The position numbers and the translations under genes are program-made. A stretch of 64,000 bases of DNA, from positions 32,001 through 96,000 of the forward strand of contig JBGAHS010000007.1 of assembly GCA_044226015.1 (NCBI GenBank). Reading direction: 5' to 3'. Below the pieces are notes generated by a model that was not told the origin of the DNA, made no database searches, and worked only from the letters and a program-made list of their open reading frames with translations. The stretch is from Candidatus Obscuribacteraceae bacterium. Lineage in GTDB: Bacteria > Cyanobacteriota > Vampirovibrionia > Obscuribacterales > Obscuribacteraceae. Positions within the stretch are counted from its first letter, which is position 1. Each line of letters opens with the position of its first letter. This document shows, one piece after another, positions 31,035-41,144 of the stretch.

Positions 31035-31886
31035 TTAGGGCTGCTCGTAAGAAAAGCTGATTTCTGAGCCTTCTGTGTTATACCAGGGTGTTTTGAAAAT
31101 GCCGTTTTTCATTATTTCTCCGTACACGGCAAAGATGCATTGTTCCGGACCGACATTCGCTTCTTCAAGTAAGGGCGCCGTCCACTTTCGCAGTGTCAGA
31201 ATGCGTGGTGCCGCCCCTGTTATAACCCAAATAGGATGACCCAATTTGAGGAAACTCCTTATCTTGGGCTCCCAATGTCGGTGTTGGCGAAAATTGCCGG
31301 TGTCCATTTCCAGAAGTACTCGACTGGGAAGATTGCCCCCAAGAGAAAATTGAATGGTTGCATCTGACTGCTCTTCCATAGTTTCTGGCGTGTTTGACAG
31401 CTCGCGCCAAAACTCGCGTCCCGAAGACCATTTGAGCGCATTTATCGAACCCGTCTTTTCTGCCTCTTCCAGCTTAAGTCTTATGTCCACCAGTCGCAGA
31501 AAGTGCTCTTTATGGTAAAGATGGGGCGGTCCTGTTGGAACTGATTCCCAGGAGATGCCTTTGCTTTGTTCTAAAACTTTTGCGCCAGCTGTGCTCAAAA
31601 AATAAATCAGCTCGGGTCTTCCGCGCCCTTCCATTCTGCCTGAAGTGGCAGCGCCCATATAGCCATATTGTTGAAGTCGGCGCAGCCTCTTGCGTGCTGT
31701 CTCATAACTGATGTCTGGAAAGCATAAGCTAGCAAGTTGGCTACTACTTATAGTGCGATGGTGAAAGAGTTCTTCCAGAGCAGCCAGGTCGCGCTGCATC
31801 AAGACGAGATTCTTCTTTTTGGGCTTCGGTCGAACCGAATTTTTTAGGAGCCCCTTTGGGTCGATGCTTAGCGCCGTTTCGTCCAT
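31035..31886 (-). CDS. Replication-relaxation (Replic_Relax) family protein: wHTH plus PD-(D/E)XK-like domain
   Basis: RDLAALEEL…SSSQL…ARKRLRRL…IYFLSTAG winged helix; H.EHFLRLVDI; SDA…LLEMDTG nuclease-like motif; directly follows virD4. Confidence 0.75.
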   Translation of the reverse strand: MDETALSIDPKGLLKNSVRPKPKKKNLVLMQRDLAALEELFHHRTISSSQLASLCFPDISYETARKRLRRLQQYGYMGAATSGRMEGRGRPELIYFLSTAGAKVLEQSKGISWESVPTGPPHLYHKEHFLRLVDIRLKLEEAEKTGSINALKWSSGREFWRELSNTPETMEEQSDATIQFSLGGNLPSRVLLEMDTGNFRQHRHWEPKIRSFLKLGHPIWVITGAAPRILTLRKWTAPLLEEANVGPEQCIFAVYGEIMKNGIFKTPWYNTEGSEISFSYEQP

Positions 31887-31988
31887 CGCAAGTGTCCTGC
31901 AGGTACTCCGTTAATGTACCCCGAAATTCACCCTTTCACGTTCGTTTTTTCGAACGCTTTATATTTCAGCTAAGCTTTGAAAAAGAAA

Positions 31989-32012
31989 CGAGACAGCTTT
32001 TCGGCTGCCTCG
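31989..32012 (-). terminator. Intrinsic terminator after virD4
   Basis: Minus strand CGAGGCAGC-CGAAAA-GCTGTCTCG followed by TTTCTTTTT. Confidence 0.7.
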
Positions 32013-32032
32013 CTTGCATAGTCTTTGCTTCC

Positions 32033-35000
32033 TTATTGCTCTACGCCAGCCTTGGGCTTCTTGTTTGGAACACCAAACTGAGAGAGGTCGGCATGCAGGC
32101 TTGTAACTGGTTTTCTGGCAGCAGCAGCCTGGTTGGGCATTTGAGGTGCCTGAGGCATTTGCGGCATCTGTGGCATTTGAGGCGCCTGCGGCATCTGCGG
32201 AGCCTGTGGCATCTGAGGAGCCTGCGGCATACGCGGACCATGCTCTACCTGGGGCATGAGCATTTCTTCTTGTGCCATCTGAGGTGATGGAGGCATTTGA
32301 GGTGCGTGTGGCATCTGAGGAGCCTGCGGCATCTGTGGTGCCTGTGCGAAAGGTACGGCTTGAGGCATTGGGATGGCTGGAGCTACTGCGCCAGTTGGAA
32401 ATGGTTGTGCTTTGGCATCAGCTGCTGGTGCTGCTGCTTCTGCGCCCACAAACTTTCCGCATTCTTTGCAGAAGCGACCCTTACCAGATTGTTTGCCACA
32501 ATGTGGGCAAGCTCGTTGTGTCGTAGTAGGACCCTGTGCTGGCATCGAAGCTGCAGCTGCAGCTGGAGCTGGAGCCGGAATCTGAGCCGGAGCAGCCGGA
32601 ATCTGAGCGGGCGCAGGTCCTGCCATCGCTGCTGGTGCGGTGCCTGCTATGCCCATCGCGGGTATCGGCACCGGCGCTGGTGCTGGAGTCAATGGTATTG
32701 ACACCGGTGCAGCTGAACCAGGAAATGCTGGTTTGCTGCTCGCTTGTGGCTCTGGACTTCCTGTGTTGAGTATTACGGCACTGGTAGATAGTGTTGCCTG
32801 ATCTGGCGCCTGTGCATTTGCAGCGGCAGCGTTTGATGCTGCTGCCATAGCTGCATCGAGAGCGGCATTGGCGGCGGCTTTTGCAACTGGTGCTGCGACC
32901 CCTGGTATGACGGCTCCTGGAACTGCCGATGGTACAGCGCCACCCGGAACTCCTGGTACAGGTGCCGCTGCCGATGGGTCTTGCCCGCCGCGGTTCGACA
33001 CATTGTGCAGCAAATGCAGTCGTGCGATTTCTTCGATACCACGCAAGTCAACCATGAATGGCTTGGTTTCGCCAAATTCTGGGTCACCTGCTGGTGATAG
33101 ATATACCAGAGCGTGGTGCTTCTCCATACGCTTGATGGTGTCTGCGTCTACTCGGGCTACAACTTGTTGCGAGTGAATTCTGTTCCAACTTGTTGGGAAG
33201 ATGCCGAATCCATTCGATTCATATCTATCTGAAATACCTGGAACGATAACGGCGTGTTTACCGATTTCATCCGAGAAGAACTTAGATGTCGATTCGTCAG
33301 CATTGTGCAAGCAAACACGAATTGCGCAGTTTGAGAACAATGTCTTCAATTCTGAAGCGCCGCCCGATGTCGGGTCTGCGCTCATCTTGCCAGCAATCTG
33401 GCTGATGTTCTGAAGAATTACTGCCAGACCGCCGTTGGCGCCGCGTACAATCGCTGACAATCTGCCTGCCAGGTCGATATTCAAGGTTTGATACTCATCG
33501 AAAAACGCGAACAATGGCAGAACCGAGGCGGTACCATATCTGGTGTGCAATGCTTGTTGTAATTGATAAACGAAACATGCTGCAAGTGACTCAGCATCAG
33601 GTCCCAAGCTTGCCGGCGCACCGAAAATCAGCACGGAAGGACGGTGCATGGTTGCTTTGATGTCTACGTTCGATTGCTCGGTAACGCGCAGAACCTGTTC
33701 GTTTCTGAACATTCTCAAGCGACCACGTACACCTTGAATGTTCTTGTCCCAATCTGTATCTGTTCGAATGATTGAGGACAGAGTCATGGTTTGTTCATTG
33801 AGTTCTGTTGGGTCGACATCTGGGTTTGTCTTCAGTCGGCGTAGTGACTCAACGATGTTTCTGCGGTTGTTTACAAGTTTCATTAGACCGCGCGGATTGC
33901 AAGGCAACGGCGCAACTTCTGCAGTCTGTCCATTTTCATCATCACGAACTACTTGCACTGCGCCCCATTTCAGAAGCTTCACCAGTCCAGAGATGTATCC
34001 GTGATCACGTTCTGCCCAGTGTTGTTCTTCTGGAGGCAGCGAGTTTACGTCTTGTACGATAGATGAAGCGAAGCTAGTTGGGTCCAAATCAAGCGGGTTC
34101 CAGCAAATAGATTCAGCGTCCAGAGGGTTGAAGTACAAAGCTTCAAATCCTGCTGCTTTGGCTTCTGGCAATACTGTGTGCTTGAAGCTTTCTTTCTTTT
34201 CGTCGAGGTTCGGGTCGTTCGCTTTAGCTTCCAGTGCGATCATGACGCAAGGCTTTGCAAGCAGTGCTTTCATTACCGCACGCATCAAGGTCGTTTTACC
34301 TGAACCTGACGGAGCTACGATGAACATGTTTTTGTTTGGAAGGTGACCAAGTGGAATGGTCACTGGCAAGTGCGTTCTAGCCAGGAATCCGAATGGAATT
34401 ACAATGCCATCGGCATCTGTCCACGTCGCCTGCGGGTTGCGCTTACCCATTCTTCCATGTCTCCGCAAATTAGGCGGACACACAAATGAACGCTCGTAAT
34501 CTCGCGGTGTCATCAAGCCCGATGGCGGGTTGAAGGTTCTGATTGTTTGCCATGGGAAGAGGCGTTTCTTGTGTGCTGCTGCGACGATTAGGGCTAGCAG
34601 AACTAGAGTCGGCAATAAGATTGCAATAGAAGTTGCATCCAGAAATCCGTGAGTGCGGTAATTCTTTCCGCCAGCCAAATGAGGAGTTTGCTTTTCGACG
34701 CCTTCCAACCTATGGCTTGGGGGTGTTCCCGCCGTCTGCTCTGCTGAACCTGGTCCGAGCGTTTGCGCGCCTGGTTGAACGAGCGGGCTGCTTCCGTCTG
34801 GAGCGGGTGCTGCTGCTGGCGCTGGAGCTTGCTGCATTGGCATCTGTTGGCTCGCCATCGGCATGGGGGCTGCTTGTCCCTGCTGAGCTGGCTGCTGTCC
34901 AGGAGTGAGAACTGGGGCGAAACCTTGTTGCTGCGAACCGAGCTGTTGCTGGTTGTACTGAAATATTGGAGCTACGCCGTTGCCGCCGTATTGACCTTGT

Positions 35001-35176
35001 TGAGCTGGCGGCACTGCATACATCTGCGGTGCTTGCGGTGCCGGAGTCATGACATAGCCACCACTTTGTTGCATGAAGCGGCGTTCGAATTCTTTTGCAC
35101 TGATGACTTCACCAGTTTCAGAATCCTTATATTTAGTGATGACGCCACGATCATCGATTTGTGCTCTGTAAGGCAT
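32033..35176 (-). CDS. virD4: Type IV coupling protein (VirD4/TraG-like) with long low-complexity N- and C-terminal extensions
   Basis: Single TM; Walker A APSGSGKTT; WNPLD; Walker B FFDEYQ; LQNISQ…LFSNC…FFSDEIG TraG-D_C pattern. Confidence 0.85.
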   Translation of the reverse strand: MPYRAQIDDRGVITKYKDSETGEVISAKEFERRFMQQSGGYVMTPAPQAPQMYAVPPAQQGQYGGNGVAPIFQYNQQQLGSQQQGFAPVLTPGQQPAQQGQAAPMPMASQQMPMQQAPAPAAAPAPDGSSPLVQPGAQTLGPGSAEQTAGTPPSHRLEGVEKQTPHLAGGKNYRTHGFLDATSIAILLPTLVLLALIVAAAHKKRLFPWQTIRTFNPPSGLMTPRDYERSFVCPPNLRRHGRMGKRNPQATWTDADGIVIPFGFLARTHLPVTIPLGHLPNKNMFIVAPSGSGKTTLMRAVMKALLAKPCVMIALEAKANDPNLDEKKESFKHTVLPEAKAAGFEALYFNPLDAESICWNPLDLDPTSFASSIVQDVNSLPPEEQHWAERDHGYISGLVKLLKWGAVQVVRDDENGQTAEVAPLPCNPRGLMKLVNNRRNIVESLRRLKTNPDVDPTELNEQTMTLSSIIRTDTDWDKNIQGVRGRLRMFRNEQVLRVTEQSNVDIKATMHRPSVLIFGAPASLGPDAESLAACFVYQLQQALHTRYGTASVLPLFAFFDEYQTLNIDLAGRLSAIVRGANGGLAVILQNISQIAGKMSADPTSGGASELKTLFSNCAIRVCLHNADESTSKFFSDEIGKHAVIVPGISDRYESNGFGIFPTSWNRIHSQQVVARVDADTIKRMEKHHALVYLSPAGDPEFGETKPFMVDLRGIEEIARLHLLHNVSNRGGQDPSAAAPVPGVPGGAVPSAVPGAVIPGVAAPVAKAAANAALDAAMAAASNAAAANAQAPDQATLSTSAVILNTGSPEPQASSKPAFPGSAAPVSIPLTPAPAPVPIPAMGIAGTAPAAMAGPAPAQIPAAPAQIPAPAPAAAAASMPAQGPTTTQRACPHCGKQSGKGRFCKECGKFVGAEAAAPAADAKAQPFPTGAVAPAIPMPQAVPFAQAPQMPQAPQMPHAPQMPPSPQMAQEEMLMPQVEHGPRMPQAPQMPQAPQMPQAPQMPQMPQMPQAPQMPNQAAAARKPVTSLHADLSQFGVPNKKPKAGVEQ

Positions 35177-35198
35177 TTAAGCTAGTCTCCGTTGCAGC

Positions 35199-35846
35199 CT
35201 ATTGTGTATTATTTCCGGCTTCGCTGATGGCCGCAATACGTAATCCCTCAGGAAGTTGTTTAACTAAGTAGATAACTTTTACATTTCTGGTTTTGCTTCC
35301 CTTGCCGGGAACGGTCAATACCTGTTCTCCTTCTACAGTGACCTCGACAGAACCATCAGCTCGAATTGGGCTCTGGTCAATTTTTTTCGTACTGAAAGTG
35401 CTTTGAACTCCTGATTGTTCAATCTGTTGAGCAATCTGTGGCGTCCAGATATTCTGAGTGTAAGCCTGTCTGCACTCTTCGGTCATAACCATCAGAGCGC
35501 GATCCTGGTTAGCGCGAGCTGAGTAGGCGCTGAGGTCCCAGGCCAGAGGCAAGAAATTTTCAACAAGCGTGCGAGCTTGCATTGGGTCGGCTGCCATCGC
35601 TTGAGCTCCCGCCCCACCCTGTCCGCCATCTGCTGGTGGACCACCCTGATAATCTTCCGGCATTCTGGCTTGACCCGTTGCATCTGGGTTGTTAGCCCAA
35701 GCTGGCGGCTGGCGGCGCTTTTGCGGACCTGAAGCTTCAGGAGTTGGCATCAACAAGACAGTAAAAAATACACCGGCCATAACGCCGGCAATTGCCACCA
35801 TTATGAGCGTTAGCTTGTATTTTTCACCTGCTTGATAGTCAAACAT
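35199..35846 (-). CDS. Bitopic T4SS subunit (VirB8/TcpC-like, NTF2-like fold predicted)
   Basis: N-terminal TM, Pro/Gly linker, alpha-then-beta domain ending GLRIAAISE; lies between virB4 and virD4. Confidence 0.55.
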   Translation of the reverse strand: MFDYQAGEKYKLTLIMVAIAGVMAGVFFTVLLMPTPEASGPQKRRQPPAWANNPDATGQARMPEDYQGGPPADGGQGGAGAQAMAADPMQARTLVENFLPLAWDLSAYSARANQDRALMVMTEECRQAYTQNIWTPQIAQQIEQSGVQSTFSTKKIDQSPIRADGSVEVTVEGEQVLTVPGKGSKTRNVKVIYLVKQLPEGLRIAAISEAGNNTQ

Positions 35847-35850
35847 TTTT

Positions 35851-38685
35851 CTATTGCATCCTCAGCATTTCATCTTTGAAGGTTTCTGGCGTAACGCCGT
35901 TGGCGAGCAGATGGCAGGCCCATCTGTTATCGTTGTTGCAAAGTTCAATCATACGCGAACGCAGGGGTTGGTCATTGTTTGGTTCGGTCGTTGCGACCCA
36001 GTACATGAAGCGCGGAACGATGAGTTTCACAACACCGCGCGACATCTTGTGGTAGACCAGAAACGCATCTGAATACTCTCGGTTTTTTCTGGTCAAATGC
36101 CCGATGGAGGACATTTCGGCAGCGGTTAATCCGCATGAGTCGCGAATCAAATCAAAGTTACTCGGGTCGTTACCCAAAATAATTTTGATGGAACTGTTGC
36201 TTGCCAGGTTGCGTGCGCGGTCGTCTCTAAGCAAGTCTCCCAATTCCTGGGAGATGCCTATAAAGAGCAAGCCTAAGTGGCGGCTGGTACGTGAAGCGTC
36301 TTCAACGAGTGTTTTTCCGCCTTCGTAGCGAAGCAGTCTCCACAACTCGTCTATACAGAACACAAATCGCGAAGGCTTACCTTTGCCGATTTGTTCTTTC
36401 TTGTGTTTTGCTGCTCTGCGCAGAACGAAGTCCGATACGAAAAGTGTGACAACAGCCTCGAGTGTTTTGTCGTGAGACAGGTCAGCGGTGTCGAACACGA
36501 GAAGTTGCGCATCGGTTGGAATGGATGTTTCGCCGTCGAACAATTTGCCGAAGATTGCGCCCTTGCAGTAGAGACTCAATCGGTTAGCCAGGTCTTCGCA
36601 GACCTCACCGCGGCGAGCGCCCTTATTATTTGCGGCTTCATTAAAGAGCCAGGCAACAAGGTCTGACTCGATTGGCAGTCGTTGCTCAGCAGCGGTCATT
36701 TTATAAACAGCCTGGATGCCTTGCATCAAGATTGGCTTTTCTTCTTTGCTCATCGATTGCTCGCCACGTTCGCCCAGCATTACTGAGTGGAAATTGAGCA
36801 ATTTAATGATGTGCGATTCTGGTGGATTTGCCGGGTCAATCGGTTTGCCGTCAGGACCTTCCGGAGGCAAGTCGTAGAGGTTGATACAAACTGAACCGTC
36901 AGGACCCAATTTGATGTAAGCCGAATTGTCGTAGACCTCGGTGAGCAGCCTATAGCTTCCCGAACGGTCGATGATTACGCATTTCGCGCCAGCCAGCAGT
37001 TTCAACTGAATGATTTGCTGGGCAACCATGGATTTACCTTCCCCAGGTTGACCGAATACAACACAAAGCGCGTTCGGTAATTTTTCGTCGTAGGGGTTCA
37101 GGAAGACGGGCTCAAGAGTTTCTTTCGAGAAGCCTATCCAATCGCCATCGTCAGACCCTAGTTTGGCATGAACGAAGGGGAATGAGTTGCGGACCGTGGG
37201 CGTTCTTACAGCTTTGCCGCGACGAGTGAAGTCCACTCCGAGAGCTGGCAGGCTGGTGAGAAACAATTGTTTTTGCTCGTGCTGTCCAACAACGAAACGA
37301 GCCCCACGGCACTGTGGAGCTGCAGAGCGCATCATTTCTGTGTTGCGGTTCAAATCTTCGATTGAGTCAGCAACCATCGTAAAATAAATCGAGTAGTTGA
37401 ACATTTCAAGGTTCGATGTGTACAACTCTGAGCCGATTCTGGCGGCTTCTTGTGCTTTCTCAGCTTCTTCCTGGTTCGGTGCAGAGCGCGGACCCATCAC
37501 CCCCTGGTAGGTGTTCGCTGTTGCCTGTGCTTGCTTGCGTTGCAAGTTTTTTCTAAACAGGTCTTTGTCCAACTTGTGGCAGTAAATGTTCATTCTCCAC
37601 TGGCAATTGAGGCGCAGCAGTGGCATCAACCATAGTGGAGCCGTTCGTTCCGGCAAGCGGCTCATGTATAGCGTTCTAACGAATTTCGCCTTCTCTCCAC
37701 CACCCTCAGCATCGGTTTCTGTGAGGTCGGAAATTTTTGCAAAATCAGGCTTACTGAAATCGTAAAGCGACTCTGCCAGCTGCTGTCTGATTGTGGCAGG
37801 CTCCATGTCCGGGAAAACTCTTCTCAGTCCCGGAGGCATCGGCGCGGTGTTCGGACGAATTGGTTCTGGCAAATTCTGCATTCCATAACTCTCTGCAAGA
37901 GTCGGATTGAAATTCTTGTATAGAAATTGGAAATACTCTTTTGCCGAAATTGGACGAGCGCTCATTCCGCATGCTCCTAACTGAGCAACGTGACCTTGAG
38001 CTCGTTGAATCAAGGTCTGAACATTTTTGCCATGCGCTGCTACGGTCTGCCGAGCGGCCTGATTTTGGAAGCTATCGATGACATGGTTGACAGTGTTTTC
38101 AATCCATCCTTGCTTTGCTGGCTTTTCTCTTGGGGGGCGGTAGCAAAAGGTGACAAAGAACTTAAGCTCAGGGATGAAGTTTTTCGAGAGGAGGAAGGAC
38201 TCGTCGTTTTCAACACTTTTGGCAACATACTTGAGGAATTCATCATCTTCTTTGACCTCTACAGGGTGACGCAGGAAGTAATCTTTTTTGCTCACGTTAT
38301 GGCAGGCAATCGTGAGCTGAACTGAAGTATCAATGCTATTAACGAAGCCGGTGAAATGGTTCATTAAAGAGACCAATCTGACTTCGTCAAAACCGCTTAC
38401 GTGGACTCCATCCACTTCGAAGCAACAGCGATAGCTGCCGTCTTTCAAAACTACAACGCCCAAACCCGAAGCATCATCATGGAACAAATCCCACAGTGGC
38501 GCTAACCCAGCAGCTGAATTGTGCGGACGGGGCACTTCGTTTGCGGGCAACTTAGACATACCTGGTGCTGGCATTTGCGCCCCAGCACTGGTTTTGTTTC
38601 CGAGCAATCCGATCAGATTAGAGAGAGGATTAGTCTTCTCCTGATAGTTGCGTAAAGAGCTAGCCATTTCGTTGTTGTTACTCAT
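35851..38685 (-). CDS. virB4: VirB4-family T4SS ATPase
   Basis: Walker A FGQPGEGKS, IIDRSGSY, INLYD, Walker B FCIDELW, RTSRHLG…ISQ; ATG 38685 overlaps the prgI stop. Confidence 0.92.
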   Translation of the reverse strand: MSNNNEMASSLRNYQEKTNPLSNLIGLLGNKTSAGAQMPAPGMSKLPANEVPRPHNSAAGLAPLWDLFHDDASGLGVVVLKDGSYRCCFEVDGVHVSGFDEVRLVSLMNHFTGFVNSIDTSVQLTIACHNVSKKDYFLRHPVEVKEDDEFLKYVAKSVENDESFLLSKNFIPELKFFVTFCYRPPREKPAKQGWIENTVNHVIDSFQNQAARQTVAAHGKNVQTLIQRAQGHVAQLGACGMSARPISAKEYFQFLYKNFNPTLAESYGMQNLPEPIRPNTAPMPPGLRRVFPDMEPATIRQQLAESLYDFSKPDFAKISDLTETDAEGGGEKAKFVRTLYMSRLPERTAPLWLMPLLRLNCQWRMNIYCHKLDKDLFRKNLQRKQAQATANTYQGVMGPRSAPNQEEAEKAQEAARIGSELYTSNLEMFNYSIYFTMVADSIEDLNRNTEMMRSAAPQCRGARFVVGQHEQKQLFLTSLPALGVDFTRRGKAVRTPTVRNSFPFVHAKLGSDDGDWIGFSKETLEPVFLNPYDEKLPNALCVVFGQPGEGKSMVAQQIIQLKLLAGAKCVIIDRSGSYRLLTEVYDNSAYIKLGPDGSVCINLYDLPPEGPDGKPIDPANPPESHIIKLLNFHSVMLGERGEQSMSKEEKPILMQGIQAVYKMTAAEQRLPIESDLVAWLFNEAANNKGARRGEVCEDLANRLSLYCKGAIFGKLFDGETSIPTDAQLLVFDTADLSHDKTLEAVVTLFVSDFVLRRAAKHKKEQIGKGKPSRFVFCIDELWRLLRYEGGKTLVEDASRTSRHLGLLFIGISQELGDLLRDDRARNLASNSSIKIILGNDPSNFDLIRDSCGLTAAEMSSIGHLTRKNREYSDAFLVYHKMSRGVVKLIVPRFMYWVATTEPNNDQPLRSRMIELCNNDNRWACHLLANGVTPETFKDEMLRMQ

Positions 38686-39022
38686 TGAATTCAAGAAGCG
38701 ACTCGTCAATTAGGAATCGAGTTGGGTTAGGGTCAGGACCAGGAATTAGGACTGAAGAGGTGACATAGAAGTTGATGAATGTTTCCCATGAAACGCCGCC
38801 GCCACTGCGGGCAGTGACGAGGCAGTAAATCGGACCCACCATAAAAATGAGAATAGAAATGTCGAGGCGAAGGTCGTGCCCTCCCATGATGGGCAGTGGG
38901 TTCATCCAGGAATATAGCTGCGTTGATGCAATTAGCGAACCGAGCACAGTGATCAACTGGTCGTAGCGTAAGCCAAAAAGCTTCGGTTGGTCTTCTAGAT
39001 TGAGGGGTGTTATGTCTTCCAT
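38678..39022 (-). CDS. prgI: PrgI-family (VirB3-like) protein
   Basis: P..LED.PKLFGLRYDQL motif, two TM helices, immediately upstream of virB4. Confidence 0.8.
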   Translation of the reverse strand: MEDITPLNLEDQPKLFGLRYDQLITVLGSLIASTQLYSWMNPLPIMGGHDLRLDISILIFMVGPIYCLVTARSGGGVSWETFINFYVTSSVLIPGPDPNPTRFLIDESLLEFNE

Positions 39023-39033
39023 CTTACTCTGTC

Positions 39034-39720
39034 CTAAGCTGCATTGAAGGCTTTTACTGGGGCGAACATGTTTTCCACCAGATAAGGTGGCAGAAGGGTA
39101 GTTGATGGGTCAGCTGAGCGAGTCTGAACCTTTTGTCTCGTTATGAGACACTCGGGAAGTCTCTGTCCTGCCACTGCGAGGTCGAGGTGTTTGAGTGCTG
39201 CTTTGAAGTCAGACTCCTGTCGGCAAAGTTCTCCGAGAAGATATTGGTAAAAGCCGCGATCTTTCCTTGTGCTTGGGTGTCTGAGCGCCTTCTCCAGTTC
39301 TTCTCTGGCAATTCTCGACCAGTTAGAATGAGCCGTTTTGCCATCTCGCGCACACCAGCTGGCATTGAGTGCAACCAGTCCGAGTTCGAGATGGTTCAGT
39401 TTGTGTTGTTTGCCGCAAATGTATGCTCGGGCGAACTTTCGCAAATGCTCGTCTCTGGAACGATAGTCTGCTTCTGCTGACTCATCCAGCGAGAGCAGAC
39501 GAAAAGTTTTGAGCCACCAGGCATAGCCGCAGTGTGAGCACATGCTGATCGCCGCGCCTCTGAATGCAGATGTCGCATAAACACGATGAAGGTCGGTTTC
39601 GAATTTAGTTTCTGCTGTGATGCAATCGACTGTGTTTGGTACAGCCGTGCTGAATGAGAAGCTGCATGCTGGACATTCAACTCTTGCAACACTGAGGGTG
39701 AAATCAGCCACGATTTGCAT
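39034..39720 (-). CDS. DUF2225-like Zn-finger/TPR protein (short)
   Basis: VECPAC…ETDLH…MCSHCGYAWW…LNASWCAR…YLLGELCRQ; GAGG RBS; 11 bp upstream of prgI. Confidence 0.7.
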   Translation of the reverse strand: MQIVADFTLSVARVECPACSFSFSTAVPNTVDCITAETKFETDLHRVYATSAFRGAAISMCSHCGYAWWLKTFRLLSLDESAEADYRSRDEHLRKFARAYICGKQHKLNHLELGLVALNASWCARDGKTAHSNWSRIAREELEKALRHPSTRKDRGFYQYLLGELCRQESDFKAALKHLDLAVAGQRLPECLITRQKVQTRSADPSTTLLPPYLVENMFAPVKAFNAA

Positions 39721-39828
39721 TTAGTACCTCAAAAGAAACTTGGGTCTTTGACCCTGAAAACAGTCCCCGCCACGCCAATCGGACCACTTTCGTAGGTAGA
39801 TTATGCAATATTCACAATGCCGGTAAAT

Positions 39829-39862
39829 CGGGGAAATCACCATATAAGTGGGAATATTCCCA
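39829..39862. promoter_or_regulatory. Paired TGGGA-N4-TCCCA operator-like sites upstream of the DUF2225-prgI-virB4 operon
   Basis: Perfect palindrome TGGGAATATTCCCA at 39849-39862; degenerate CGGGGAAATCACCA 20 bp upstream. Confidence 0.55.
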
Positions 39863-40394
39863 TGCTACACGTTTTTAGTGGGGAAATTACGTATTCTGTA
39901 ATACGAATTGCAGAATATTTTTGCCCCGACAGAGACGAGCATCAGGCGAGATTTAAGCTTAATTCTCACATCCGCAGAGCTTCACGAGCCCTGCCTTCTT
40001 GATTTTGCGAAAAGGTGGCAGCACCAGCAAAGCCTCTGGGCGCACACTTACTTCCATGCCACCCAGATAGAGATCGGGTTCAGCATGGTATTGGCCGCTG
40101 ATACCAATTCTGGTGCTGAGTTTTCGTCAGACGTGGTAAAAGTCGAATCTGTAGTATGCTCCGCAAAGGGCTCTCCGGCTTTAAGAGTGATTTTTTCAGC
40201 CTCGCTGCAAACGACCCCGGGATCGATCCGGGGCGATTGCTTACGCGTTTCATCTTCAAATGGAGTCATCTAAACCGTTCGCTCCAACGCTCGCGCCAGT
40301 CTTTCCTCGCCATCGCCAAGCTCGGAGCATACTCAACTGTACCAACTACCGTAACCTGTTTAACATCATAGAGCGGTAAATGAGCAGGACAACC

Positions 40395-40877
40395 TCACAC
40401 ATTCTTTCTGAGCTTCTCAAACTCCTGCGACCAAGATTCTACCAAGTGTTTCCCCACACGTTGGTGCTCGGAACCTGTCCAGGCCAGCAGCAATAGCTGA
40501 TACCACCCATCAAGAATACTCCGCAGGGTTTCGTCATTCCACCGAAAGTCGCCTGCAACCTTGGAAAAGAACTGTTGCGAAGTATTTGCTATCGCGCACC
40601 ATACAGTTCGCTCTAAATCTTGAGGTGCTTCTGGTCCGAGAACTTTCTGAGCTTGCCACACTAATCGAGGTCGAAAGAGGCTTAATTGGGCTGGTTCTTT
40701 CGCCACAGCATCGATGTACTGGCGAAACAGTTCCTTGAACTCGTTATCATTTGTAATTCGTGCTCCGCTCTCGCAAGTAACACAAGTTGCAGATCTTGGA
40801 TGCAGTCCGCACTGAGTTGTGCAGGGGAATTGGTCACGCATAAGTCCTACTCCTAAGCCAGTCAGTAAGTTCAACAT
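40395..40877 (-). CDS. Hypothetical Cys-containing protein, possibly a fragment
   Basis: 160-aa ORF with no clear RBS, inside a degraded region. Confidence 0.35.
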   Translation of the reverse strand: MLNLLTGLGVGLMRDQFPCTTQCGLHPRSATCVTCESGARITNDNEFKELFRQYIDAVAKEPAQLSLFRPRLVWQAQKVLGPEAPQDLERTVWCAIANTSQQFFSKVAGDFRWNDETLRSILDGWYQLLLLAWTGSEHQRVGKHLVESWSQEFEKLRKNV

Positions 40878-41144
40878 TACTATACTCAGAAGCAGAGGCC
40901 TGCAAACGCAACGATTAACTCCAAAGACTATGCCCGGTCGTCGTCTGAAACGACCAGCTTTTTTCTAAGCTCGATAAGCATTCCTTGATCTGAGCCGTAG
41001 CGTGGCTGAGGTGCAATTTAATGCCCCAATTTCTCTGTCTAGAACTACCCTTGTGCGATCTGTGGATCTTGTTCATAAATGGAAAGTCACATATTTGGCA
41101 CTTCAGACCAAGACGATATTCGAAAGTACCTGCCAGGAGCCTAT

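Noticed and set aside
40048..40269. Small minus-strand ORF
   Set aside because: No motif or RBS; may be part of a decayed gene but cannot be assigned.
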